Assembly (NCBI GenBank): GCA_048940925.1 | Contig: JBHLOC010000005.1 | Coordinates: 66,687 to 130,686, forward strand | DNA from: Promethearchaeota archaeon | GTDB lineage: Archaea; Asgardarchaeota; Lokiarchaeia; Sigyniarchaeales; SOKP01 | DNA: 64,000 nucleotides | Direction of reading: 5' to 3' | Shown here: in pieces, positions 9,885 to 19,244 of the stretch | Layout of the letters: every line of letters starts with the position of its first letter | How positions within the stretch are numbered: the first letter of the stretch is position 1 | Made by a program: the position numbers and the translations under genes | Notes under the pieces: model-generated | The model's database searches: none | What the model saw: the letters and a program-made list of their open reading frames with translations, nothing else | Told to the model about the DNA's origin: nothing

Positions 9885-10640
9885 CTAACTACTTTTTATT
9901 AGTTCTCTAACTCTTTCCATTATATAAGGGAGTACTTCCTCAATTTTGTTATCGAATCTTAAATCGCAAATATCATCGTATGGAGTTTCACCTTTATTTA
10001 TGATAATTAATTTTGCTCCATTTTGCAACGCTAATCCTGGCATATTTGCTGCAGGTGTAACAACTAAGGAAGAACCAATTACAAAAAATACATCAGAATT
10101 CTGAGAACGAATTATTGATTCTTGAAGTTCATCATATGGCAATGGATCTCCAAAATTGACTATACTGGAAATTAATCTTCCCCCACAATGTGGACAAGAT
10201 GGTTGACCTTCACGAACTCTATGTGTTCTATACCCTGGGCCCCATTTTCTTTTATCCCAACCAGCATCTTCAAAAGTCATTTTCTTTCCACAGTCTAAAC
10301 ATTTCATAAAATACTGATTCCCATGAAGTTCAGCTAACATTTCAAAAGGAATACCTGATTTAGCGTGTAATCCATCAACATTTTGAGAGATTAAATAATT
10401 TAATATTCCCATATCCATTAATTCTGTAATCGCATAATGATTAGGATTAGGTTCTACTTGATCCCATGGTATGCTTTTAGGGGGAGGAAGTCCTTTATCT
10501 CGTCTTGTCCATAGACCATCAGGTCCACGGAAGTCGGGCAATCCACTACCTGTAGAGATTCCCGCACCAGTGAACACGACTAATCTTTCTGATTCAGCTA
10601 TCCATTTAGCAGCTAGATCAATTTTTTCATCTAACTCCAT
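9885..10640 (-). CDS. Sir2-family NAD-dependent deacylase, copy 1
   Basis: '[16 protein letters not shown]', 'SQNVDGLH', 'ELHGN', two CxxC pairs and 'GSSLVV'. Confidence 0.95.
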   Translation of the reverse strand: [251 protein letters not shown]

Positions 10641-10680
10641 AATACAAAGATAACGATATTGATCATAAAAAGATAATTAT
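10641..10680 (-). promoter_or_regulatory. Conserved promoter of Sir2 copy 1 (TATA-like box about 25 nt before the ATG)
   Basis: Minus strand 'TAATTATCTTTTTATGATCAATATCGTTATCTTTGTATT-ATG' closely matches the region upstream of copy 2. Confidence 0.55.
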
Positions 10681-10739
10681 AGATTAGAATTAAATTAAGA
10701 GAAACTAAGTTGATAATTACTCAACATTAAAAAACTAAA

Positions 10740-11495
10740 TTAACCATTTTTTACAATGTCCTTCACTTTTTCCATTATAGGGGGAAGTACTTCTTCAATT
10801 TTGTTATCAAATTTGATATCTGCTGCAGAATCATAAGGAGTTTCACCTTTATTTATGATAATTAATTTTGCACCATTCTGTTTGGCAATTCCCGGCATAT
10901 TTGCTGCTGGAAAGACCACTAAAGATGACCCAATAACGAAAAAAACATCAGCATTTTGAGAACGTCTAATTGCTTCTTGAAGTTCATCATAAGGGAGGGG
11001 ATCTCCAAAGTCAACGATGCTTGAGATTAATCTTCCTCCACAATGTAGACATACTGGTTGACCTTCTTTAACGGGGTCTTTCCTAAACCCACGTCCCCAT
11101 ACGTTCTTATCCCATCCAACATCTTCGAACAACATTTTTTTATTACATGACAAACATTTCATGAAATAAAGATTTCCATGTAATTCTGCTAGTTTTTCAA
11201 AGGGAATTCCAGACTTAGCGTGTAAACCATCAATATTTTGAGAAATAAGAAAATCAAGTTTTCCCATCTCTAAGAGCTCCACAATTGCAAAATGATTAGG
11301 ATTGGGATCTACTTGATCCCATGGTCGAGACTTAGGAGGAGGTAATCCTTTATCTCTTCTAGTCCATAATCCATCAGGTCCACGGAAATCTGGTAAACCA
11401 CTACTTGTAGAACATCCTGCTCCTGTAAATACTACTAATCTTTCTGATTCAGCAATCCATTTAGCTACCAAGTCAATATTTTCTTCTAATTCCAT
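10740..11495 (-). CDS. Sir2-family NAD-dependent deacylase, copy 2 (tandem paralog)
   Basis: Same length (251 aa) and same motifs as copy 1, aligning without gaps. Confidence 0.95.
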   Translation of the reverse strand: [251 protein letters not shown]

Positions 11496-11535
11496 AATAT
11501 GAAAATAACGATTTGAACTATAAAAAGATAATTAC
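11496..11535 (-). promoter_or_regulatory. Conserved promoter of Sir2 copy 2
   Basis: Minus strand 'TAATTATCTTTTTATAGTTCAAATCGTTATTTTCATATT-ATG'. Confidence 0.55.
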
Positions 11536-11548
11536 AAGTTTATAATGA

Positions 11549-12319
11549 TTATTTTTTTAAAATCGATTGGATTACATTAAAATCATCGAGGTTAAAGGGT
11601 TTTAGTATCGAACCTGTAGCATTTAGTTCTCGAGCCTTTTTCTCTGCCTCAATAGATGGTATAGCTGTTAAGAAAAATACAGGTATATCTTTAAGCTTAC
11701 TATTGGTCCTAATTCTCTTTAAGACTTCATATCCATTAATATCTGGTAGAATAATATCAAGAAGTATTATTTTCGGAACATACATCTTTAATTCTTTCAA
11801 ACCTTTTAAACCACTCAATACTCCTTTGCATGATATTTCAATTGATTCAAAATAACTAGTTAGTAAATTAACTGTTTCAGTATCATCTTCAATTAAAAGA
11901 ATATCATAATCTTTCTTTTTATTATTTTCATTCTCATCTTTTATAGTTGTGATATTATCTAAATGATCAACGATAATATTTTCGAGAGTTAAACATTGAC
12001 CCAGTACATTTTTTAATATTGATATAATACTATCTTCTATTGAAACTCCATATTTTTCAATAATTAATTGTAAATATCCTTTAATAGATGTTAAAGGTTC
12101 TTTTAAATCGTGGGAAAGACTGGAAAGAAGGTCAATTTCTAAATTTTTATCTTTTACAATAATCCTTGACCTATATCGAATAAAGAACTTCAATGCTTCT
12201 CTAATTAATTTTGATAAAGTAGCATAACCATTATTCTTTGCAAAAGTCTGCCATTCTTCTTTGGCATATTTAGATACATATAAAGAAATTCTTTCTTTAT
12301 CTTGGTCCTCTTTTGTCAT
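11549..12319 (-). CDS. RHH-like + HisKA + receiver-domain signalling protein
   Basis: N-terminal 'RISLYVS...TLSKLIREAL', H-box 'SHDLKEPLTSIKG', REC motifs 'ILLIEDD', 'ILLDIILP' and 'KPF'. No HATPase domain. Confidence 0.8.
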   Translation of the reverse strand: MTKEDQDKERISLYVSKYAKEEWQTFAKNNGYATLSKLIREALKFFIRYRSRIIVKDKNLEIDLLSSLSHDLKEPLTSIKGYLQLIIEKYGVSIEDSIISILKNVLGQCLTLENIIVDHLDNITTIKDENENNKKKDYDILLIEDDTETVNLLTSYFESIEISCKGVLSGLKGLKELKMYVPKIILLDIILPDINGYEVLKRIRTNSKLKDIPVFFLTAIPSIEAEKKARELNATGSILKPFNLDDFNVIQSILKK

Positions 12320-12692
12320 AATTTTAATCTGTTAAATTAAGTTTTTGGAAAGCATATAATAAATAATATAGATTTTTTACATAATTATATTCTTTTACAT
12401 ATTTATATTCTTTTTTACACTCAAATTTATAATTAAAAATTTAATTTCATTTAATTCTTGTTACTTCACATTGATAAAATAAAAGAAAAATGAAGAGTTT
12501 TAGAAAGAGGAATTTGATAGATTTATGTAAATAAATAGAGATATGATAATAAATTACAATTTTTCCATAGTTTTTTTATTAAGATTCACTTTAAAAGATA
12601 CTGACAATACTGACTTTAATTAAAATAAGATTGTTTAAAAACTAAAATTATAATAACACTCATTTTGATTTTGTTTGAATGAGGAGGAAATT

Positions 12693-13415
12693 TTATTTTT
12701 GGTTGAGTTTATTAATGAGTATTCGAAAATTATTCTCTAGGTTATAATAGCTTATCATTTCAATTGGTTCTTCAATATTATCTAAGTTGTTGATATTATG
12801 TGTATCGCAACCTATTGCTACAGGAATACTATTTTCTTTCAATTTTTCGAAAAAGATTTTATTTTGAAGAGAGTAATAGCTAGAATAACTTGAATTGAAT
12901 TCAAAATAAACATCATTTTTTTTTAGAAAGTTTATCAAAACATCTAGATTTCCATGAATAAAATAAGAAGGATCGAAATGTGCTAATCCTAGTATTGGAA
13001 GATCTAATTGATTTAATGACCTTTTCCAAAATTTAATAGTATTTCTGAGAAAGGCAATAGCTTCAAGATTTTGAAGATACTCGAATATAATTATGTCATA
13101 TTTCTCTGGTTCTATATATTTCTTAATAAAAGTGTCAGAACTTGAAAGATCTATTTCAATCCCTCTAAAAAGGGATAATTTCTTATTATTTTGTATTAGA
13201 TAATTTTGACAAATTGAAATTTTATCTAAATATTCTGATATCTTTTGATTATTTTTTAATGTAGAAACCCACGCTTTCCAAGAATTGGTAAAATGATCAG
13301 TGATCGCAATATATTCTAATTTTAATTTTAATGATCTTTTAACGATTTGTTCTATTGAGTTTTTCCCATCAGAAAAAGTCGAATGGATATGAAGATTTAA
13401 CCTTGGAAAAATCAT
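12693..13415 (-). CDS. PHP-domain phosphoesterase
   Basis: 'LHIHSTFSDG', 'AITDH', 'GIE', 'LAH' and 'GCDTH'. Confidence 0.88.
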   Translation of the reverse strand: MIFPRLNLHIHSTFSDGKNSIEQIVKRSLKLKLEYIAITDHFTNSWKAWVSTLKNNQKISEYLDKISICQNYLIQNNKKLSLFRGIEIDLSSSDTFIKKYIEPEKYDIIIFEYLQNLEAIAFLRNTIKFWKRSLNQLDLPILGLAHFDPSYFIHGNLDVLINFLKKNDVYFEFNSSYSSYYSLQNKIFFEKLKENSIPVAIGCDTHNINNLDNIEEPIEMISYYNLENNFRILINKLNQK

Positions 13416-15311
13416 TTAAATTCCAAGTGTTTTTGTTTCACGATTTCTATATAAGCATAATGATCCACTAAATAAGAGTGCCATACTAAAGAAAACAAGA
13501 ATTGATATAAAAAGATATTCTCCAGTGGTCTGTGACACTATAATATGCCCCAATGAAATACTTTCTATAGAAAGGATATCCATTGCAAAAAGTGAGATTA
13601 AAATAAATGAAAACATTGAAGAAATTATTTGAACAATCCCAATTATTAAATTTATATAATATATCATTCTAACTTTAGGTTTTTTTAATTCAATAATTCG
13701 ACCAATACCAACATCAATTGCAATCTCGTCTTTATTGACTTTTTTTATGAAAAAATAGACTAACTCTTTAAGAGGAATTATATCAAAAAAAACAGAACCA
13801 ATCGCAAAAACACAAAAAAATATTAAAAATCTTGATAAAACTGAGCTATAAATTGATGAGAATCCTTGGATGGGAGAAGATAAAACTCCAAAATTGTTTA
13901 TAGCCCATATGGAAATTCCTACAAGAATTATGGCAAAGAATTTTAATCCTGCTAATGTTAATACAATTGAATGGCGATCTGTTATCGTTAGTAAATAATA
14001 TGTTATTCCAATAATAAAAATTATCAATCCAAGAATCACAGCATTTGGATTGAGAATAAAAGCTAAAATTAAACAACTAGATCCAACAATTACTGGTAAA
14101 TAGGGAAAAAAAGGTGCTTTAAAAGGGCGATCTAATTCCTTTCTTTTATATCTCAAGCTAACTGCGGCAAAATTTACGAAAGCTAGTCCAAAGAAATAAA
14201 TAAAAGTTGTAATATTTGCTGTAAATCCAATGTTAGCAAAAATAATTGCTAAAATTGTAAATATAATCGTAGCTATTGTAGTTATTATTAAAACTAGAGT
14301 TGGAACATTTGTTTTTTTACTTACTTTTAATAGCTTTTCTGATACATAATGATCTCTTGCAAGAGCATGCAATACTGCTACAGCAGATCCTAATGCAGCA
14401 TTCATCGCTATAAAAGTTGAAATAGTTGCTGCAATTCCCATCAACAAATATCCTGGAAAGCCTAAAATATCATTCATTACTAATGCTAGCAATATTGGAG
14501 ACTCTTCTAGCCTTGTTGATTCATTGCCAATATTGATCATTACTACGACTGTAATAGACAGATAAATAAACAAAGTTATCAATATGGCAAAAATATTTGC
14601 TTTAGGAATGTTTTTTGAAGGATTTTTCAAGCTTGCATTCAAATAAGCTAAGTTGGAGGTAATACTTGTAAAAAAAATAAATAACAATGAAAACATTAAA
14701 ATAACACTAAAGAAATTGGTTTTAGAAATGAGAAAATTTGGATCATAGCCAGAGATATTGGTAATAGGAGCAATAAAGATACCCGAAACAATAAAGATTC
14801 CAAATATCATTAATAAAATAATCGTTAGAGAAATAAGAGCTCGTAATGCTCTTTTTTGAGTCCTAAAAACAACAATCGCTGTAAAAAGGATTGATATAAT
14901 TATAATTGCAATTGTAATAAATAAGTTTTTCATCAAGGGAAAAGGGAAAAAAGCTTCAATTACAATCGCAAATGCTTGAGCTGAAAATGAGAAAGATGCT
15001 ATGCTCGCAAACCATAAAAAAAACCCAATTATGAAAGCTAAGAATCCTCCTAATCCTTCTTTACTAAAATTATATTCTCCACCAGAGATAGGTAGGCTGG
15101 TGGATAATTCACTAAAGTTGAGAGCAGTTATAAATATTAAAATTCCTCCTAAAATTAGACTTATTAAAACACCGGACTTCGCTTCATTAATAGCGGTTCC
15201 TAATAGAACAAAAATAGAGCCTCCAATTCCACATCCAATTCCATATAAAATTCCTGTACCTAATCCAACAGTTCTGGTTGGAGGTTTGATTTCTTTATCT
15301 TTTTCAGTCAA
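13416..15311 (-). CDS. APC-family amino acid permease with extra C-terminal TM segments
   Basis: 'GIGGSIF', 'FSELSTSLPISGG', 'ALARD' and 'RPFKAP' motifs; about four additional TMs after the core. Confidence 0.85.
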   Translation of the reverse strand: MTEKDKEIKPPTRTVGLGTGILYGIGCGIGGSIFVLLGTAINEAKSGVLISLILGGILIFITALNFSELSTSLPISGGEYNFSKEGLGGFLAFIIGFFLWFASIASFSFSAQAFAIVIEAFFPFPLMKNLFITIAIIIISILFTAIVVFRTQKRALRALISLTIILLMIFGIFIVSGIFIAPITNISGYDPNFLISKTNFFSVILMFSLLFIFFTSITSNLAYLNASLKNPSKNIPKANIFAILITLFIYLSITVVVMINIGNESTRLEESPILLALVMNDILGFPGYLLMGIAATISTFIAMNAALGSAVAVLHALARDHYVSEKLLKVSKKTNVPTLVLIITTIATIIFTILAIIFANIGFTANITTFIYFFGLAFVNFAAVSLRYKRKELDRPFKAPFFPYLPVIVGSSCLILAFILNPNAVILGLIIFIIGITYYLLTITDRHSIVLTLAGLKFFAIILVGISIWAINNFGVLSSPIQGFSSIYSSVLSRFLIFFCVFAIGSVFFDIIPLKELVYFFIKKVNKDEIAIDVGIGRIIELKKPKVRMIYYINLIIGIVQIISSMFSFILISLFAMDILSIESISLGHIIVSQTTGEYLFISILVFFSMALLFSGSLCLYRNRETKTLGI

Positions 15312-15382
15312 ATTATTACGTCTTATTGATAATCTTAGTTTAAAATTATTAATTTTTAATAAATTTTATTTCAATCAGTGGA

Positions 15383-16837
15383 TTATGATTTTTCTAAATG
15401 AAAAAATCCTGAAATTAAAGATAATCCAGCGCCTATTAGTAAAAATATACTCATTGTCAAGGTATTAGCATCACCAAAATCTATAAAATTAAAAAATACT
15501 CCAATTACCCATATAATGAAAAAAATTCCAATACCTATTAAGATCCCACCAAAGAATTTTGAGGTCCTATAAATAGCAGATAATATTTCTAACCTATGTA
15601 TTCGACTCTCTTTATCTCTAATTTCCTTTTCTTGATTTTCTAATTCCGCTTTTAATTGTTGGAGAATGAGTCGAGAATCATTAGTACTAGTTTCAATGGC
15701 TTCCTTAGCCTTTGTTAATTTTTCATGATCTGTTTCCATTTGCTCCAATTTTTCTGTTAAAGCATTGAGTCTTTCTTCTCGTTCAAGATATTCCATATTT
15801 GTTATTTCAATTTTTTGCTTTAAATCTTCCATCCTTTTTTCATTTGCTTCAATTAAACTCTCTTTCTTACTTATTTGCTCGTTTAAGTTTTCTACGGTAT
15901 CATTTACTTCTTGAATTCGAGATTCGATGTCAATTAATTGTTGTTGTTTATCAGACAACTGTACTTTATATTTAGCAAGAAGTTCTTCATATATTTCTCT
16001 TTGTTTTTCCATTTCAGGAAAGCCTTCATGATATTCTTGAATTTTTTGCTCAATCTCTTTAATTCTTCTCTCTTTTTTCTCAATTTGTTCTGTTAACAGC
16101 TTCTTTTCTTCTTCTTTAGCTTCAATCTCATTATTCGAATGCTCTACTTCAATTTTGTTTTTACTTATTGAAACTCTTAAAGTTTCATTTTCTGCACGTT
16201 GACTTTTTAATTTCTTCTCTAAAGCTTCTGATTCTTCTCTCTGTTTATCAAGTTTAATTTCATCTTCTTGTATTTCTTGATTCAATTTTGAAATCCTGTT
16301 TCGAAGTTCTTCTTGAGTAGCAACTTTTTCTTTTACTGAATCTGTTAGAACAATTAAATCTACTTGTCTACTTTCATACGTCTTTACTAGTTGTTCATTA
16401 TTTCTCAGAAGTTCTTTATACTCTTGTTCTAAATTCTCTTTACTTTCTTTAGTTATTTGTAATCTATCTTCTAGATTACCCATTTCCTCCGTTTTCTTGT
16501 TATATTTCTCTTCTAACTCCGAGATGGTTTTTTCTATAGCAGCAAGGTATTCTTCTTTATCATCAATTTTTTTTGTTATGTTATCAAGTTTTATTTGAGC
16601 GTTCTTGATATCCTCATCAATTTCCGCTACTTCCTTTTTGCTTATCTCTTTTTCTTCAACATTCTCTCCATCTGTCATCGTCTCTGAAATATCCTCAATT
16701 GTATTTTCGAATGTCCTTAATTTTTTGTCAATTATATCTCTTGAATTTTTTGCTTTAGATAAAAATTCTTTATCTACTTTATCTGTTTCCTTTTCCAATT
16801 TACTTTCTTTTTCTTCATCATTGAATTCTTCTGTCAT
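15383..16837 (-). CDS. Long coiled-coil protein with C-terminal two-TM membrane anchor
   Basis: About 420 aa of E/K/Q-rich heptad sequence followed by two hydrophobic helices; no signal peptide. Confidence 0.8.
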   Translation of the reverse strand: MTEEFNDEEKESKLEKETDKVDKEFLSKAKNSRDIIDKKLRTFENTIEDISETMTDGENVEEKEISKKEVAEIDEDIKNAQIKLDNITKKIDDKEEYLAAIEKTISELEEKYNKKTEEMGNLEDRLQITKESKENLEQEYKELLRNNEQLVKTYESRQVDLIVLTDSVKEKVATQEELRNRISKLNQEIQEDEIKLDKQREESEALEKKLKSQRAENETLRVSISKNKIEVEHSNNEIEAKEEEKKLLTEQIEKKERRIKEIEQKIQEYHEGFPEMEKQREIYEELLAKYKVQLSDKQQQLIDIESRIQEVNDTVENLNEQISKKESLIEANEKRMEDLKQKIEITNMEYLEREERLNALTEKLEQMETDHEKLTKAKEAIETSTNDSRLILQQLKAELENQEKEIRDKESRIHRLEILSAIYRTSKFFGGILIGIGIFFIIWVIGVFFNFIDFGDANTLTMSIFLLIGAGLSLISGFFHLEKS

Positions 16838-17210
16838 CTTATTGCATTTATAAATATTGGATTTATAATATTTTTTACCTCATTTAGAATTAGAATTTTT
16901 AATTATAAAGTTTAGTTTTTGCAGTTGCAAATTTGATTAAATAGGTGTCGATTTAAATAATCGATCATTTTTATATAAACACTTCTAATAAATGTCTTAT
17001 GTAATATCTGAAATACAGATATTTAAATTTTAATTTTTATTAAAATATTTCTCTGGAAAAAATCAGAATCTTAAATAAGTTTATAAATGATAATTGTTTT
17101 ATCTTTCATTTTTTTAAAAATAGAATAATTTTTTGCGTTTTTTCTTAATTTAATAATATATATAATATATACCTGTATCTGTAGTTTGCTTTCGAAGATT
17201 TTGTAAAATT

Positions 17211-18170
17211 TTACTTCCCTTCCAAAAAGTCAATAACTTCCTCATAGGATGTATCTGGCATAGGTCCAAAAAATTCTACTTTTAATGCTCCAACCGCATT
17301 CGCAAATTTAGCAGTTCTAATTAAATCCCAGTTATTTAAGAAACCTATTATAAATGCACCTCCAAATGAGTCTCCTGCCCCAGTTGGGTCAATCTGATTG
17401 ACTTTATAACCTGAAACTTTGATAGGTTCTGAACGTTGTGTAGAAAAAACCATGGAACCTTCTTTACCCTGTTTTAAAACTACTAATTCTGGACCCATTT
17501 CAAGTAACCTTTTGCATGCGTTTATTTCACCGCCAATCTCCGCTAATAGTTCAGCCTCTTCTCCACTAGGGAGCAAGACCGTTGATACTTCAAGTACGGG
17601 TTTGCAAATTTTTAGAATTTTATCTAAATCAAGCATTTCTGGTCTAAGATTTGGATCAAAAGTGACAACTACATCCGGGTTTATTTTTTTTGCTAACCGA
17701 ATTGCTTTATAACATGCTTCCCGAGATGTTTCGCTTATTGAAAGAGCACTTCCCATTATATGTAGAATCTTCACTTCAGAGAAATAAGATTCTCTCACAT
17801 CTTTAGGAGATGTCTCTCCAGCAGCACCTACAGCAAAAATAAACTTACGAGATCCATCAGAATTATATTGATTGAACGCAATCCCTGTAGTTTTTTCTTT
17901 ATCGATACGTATTTGGGAAATATCTACTCCATCTCTTTTTAATTTATCGATAATACACTTGCCAAACATATCATCACCAATTACACCTATAAATCCTGTT
18001 GTAAAACCAAAGTGTTTTCCCATTCGAGCTGCAGAATCAATGAAAATAATTGGGGCGCCACTTGGAAAAGGTCCTCTATAAATAGCTCCAATTGTACCAT
18101 GCGAAATATCTACTTCAGGACGTATAAACTCAACTAATAATTCACCCAAAGAAATTATATTAGGACACAT
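17211..18170 (-). CDS. PfkB-family sugar kinase
   Basis: 'PSGAP', 'FDPNLR' and 'DPTGAGDSFGG'. Confidence 0.92.
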   Translation of the reverse strand: MCPNIISLGELLVEFIRPEVDISHGTIGAIYRGPFPSGAPIIFIDSAARMGKHFGFTTGFIGVIGDDMFGKCIIDKLKRDGVDISQIRIDKEKTTGIAFNQYNSDGSRKFIFAVGAAGETSPKDVRESYFSEVKILHIMGSALSISETSREACYKAIRLAKKINPDVVVTFDPNLRPEMLDLDKILKICKPVLEVSTVLLPSGEEAELLAEIGGEINACKRLLEMGPELVVLKQGKEGSMVFSTQRSEPIKVSGYKVNQIDPTGAGDSFGGAFIIGFLNNWDLIRTAKFANAVGALKVEFFGPMPDTSYEEVIDFLEGK

Positions 18171-18247
18171 TTTATAAACTCAACCTAATTATTTACACAG
18201 ATAACTATTACAAAACAAAGTGTTTTACTACTTATAAAAAACAAGAT

Positions 18248-19204
18248 TTATTTTGTAAATTTTTGTTTGTATGATTCAATTACATTAGATATCTCATTCA
18301 TATGAATTTTTAATTCCTTAGGACTAGTTTCTTTTAATTTATCAAAATTTCCAATAATCTCTTTTAACTCCTCAATCCAAAGGTTCATAAGGATTTCTTT
18401 TTCTTTATTTTTACAAGCATTTTTTATTTCATTTCCAATCCATTCTTTAAGTGTTTCAAATATTTGTTTCTTGAGTACATCTACTGAAATTTTAACTAAA
18501 TCCTGTTGACTCTTAAGATCATCTAATATTTGTTTTACTCCAATTTTATATTCTGAATGCTCATTTTCCAATTTTTTTAATAAATCACTTTGAACTTCTT
18601 CTTTCGTATCAAATTCGTCTTTTAATCTGTTTAATTCTGTTAAGAGATCTTCATTAACATTCCTTAAGTTGTCTCTAATTGCTTGGATATTAGATTCAGT
18701 AGAATTATTATATCCCTCTAATTTTTCACTAACATCTTTAAACTTTAAATTCAAAATCTCAGTAATAGATTCAAATTTTCCCTCCGAGTTCTGATTAATT
18801 TCTCTAAATTTATCATTTAATTCTTGATCAAAAATATTTGTTATGTCTTCAATTTTTTTATTAAGATTATCTATTTGACTTTTAAGTCTCTTATCTAATT
18901 GAACGATTTGATCATCGAATTTCTTCTCAAGTTTAGTTATTCGCTCATCAAATTTTTGATTAAGTTTATCAGATTGATCCTTTGAACTTTGTGTAAGTTT
19001 ATTAATTAGATTATTTATTTTTTGATCATATTTATTTAAGAGATCATCTGTTTTTTTTTCTACTTCATTAATTTGCTCATTTACACTTTTAATTAATCTA
19101 GATGTCTGGTCATTAAACTTCTGACCAAAATTTTTTAATTGCTCCTTTAAGTTCTCAAAAGTTTTAATCGATATAGTTCCATCTGATTTGGAAATGTTAT
19201 CCAC
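18248..19204 (-). CDS. All-helical coiled-coil protein
   Basis: 318 aa of K/E/N/D-rich amphipathic repeats, almost no Pro or Gly; 41 bp downstream of the Rab-like gene. Confidence 0.7.
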   Translation of the reverse strand: MDNISKSDGTISIKTFENLKEQLKNFGQKFNDQTSRLIKSVNEQINEVEKKTDDLLNKYDQKINNLINKLTQSSKDQSDKLNQKFDERITKLEKKFDDQIVQLDKRLKSQIDNLNKKIEDITNIFDQELNDKFREINQNSEGKFESITEILNLKFKDVSEKLEGYNNSTESNIQAIRDNLRNVNEDLLTELNRLKDEFDTKEEVQSDLLKKLENEHSEYKIGVKQILDDLKSQQDLVKISVDVLKKQIFETLKEWIGNEIKNACKNKEKEILMNLWIEELKEIIGNFDKLKETSPKELKIHMNEISNVIESYKQKFTK

Positions 19205-19244
19205 CTTTTTTTGTGAGTGATTCTTAAATATTCATTTTTTTGAG

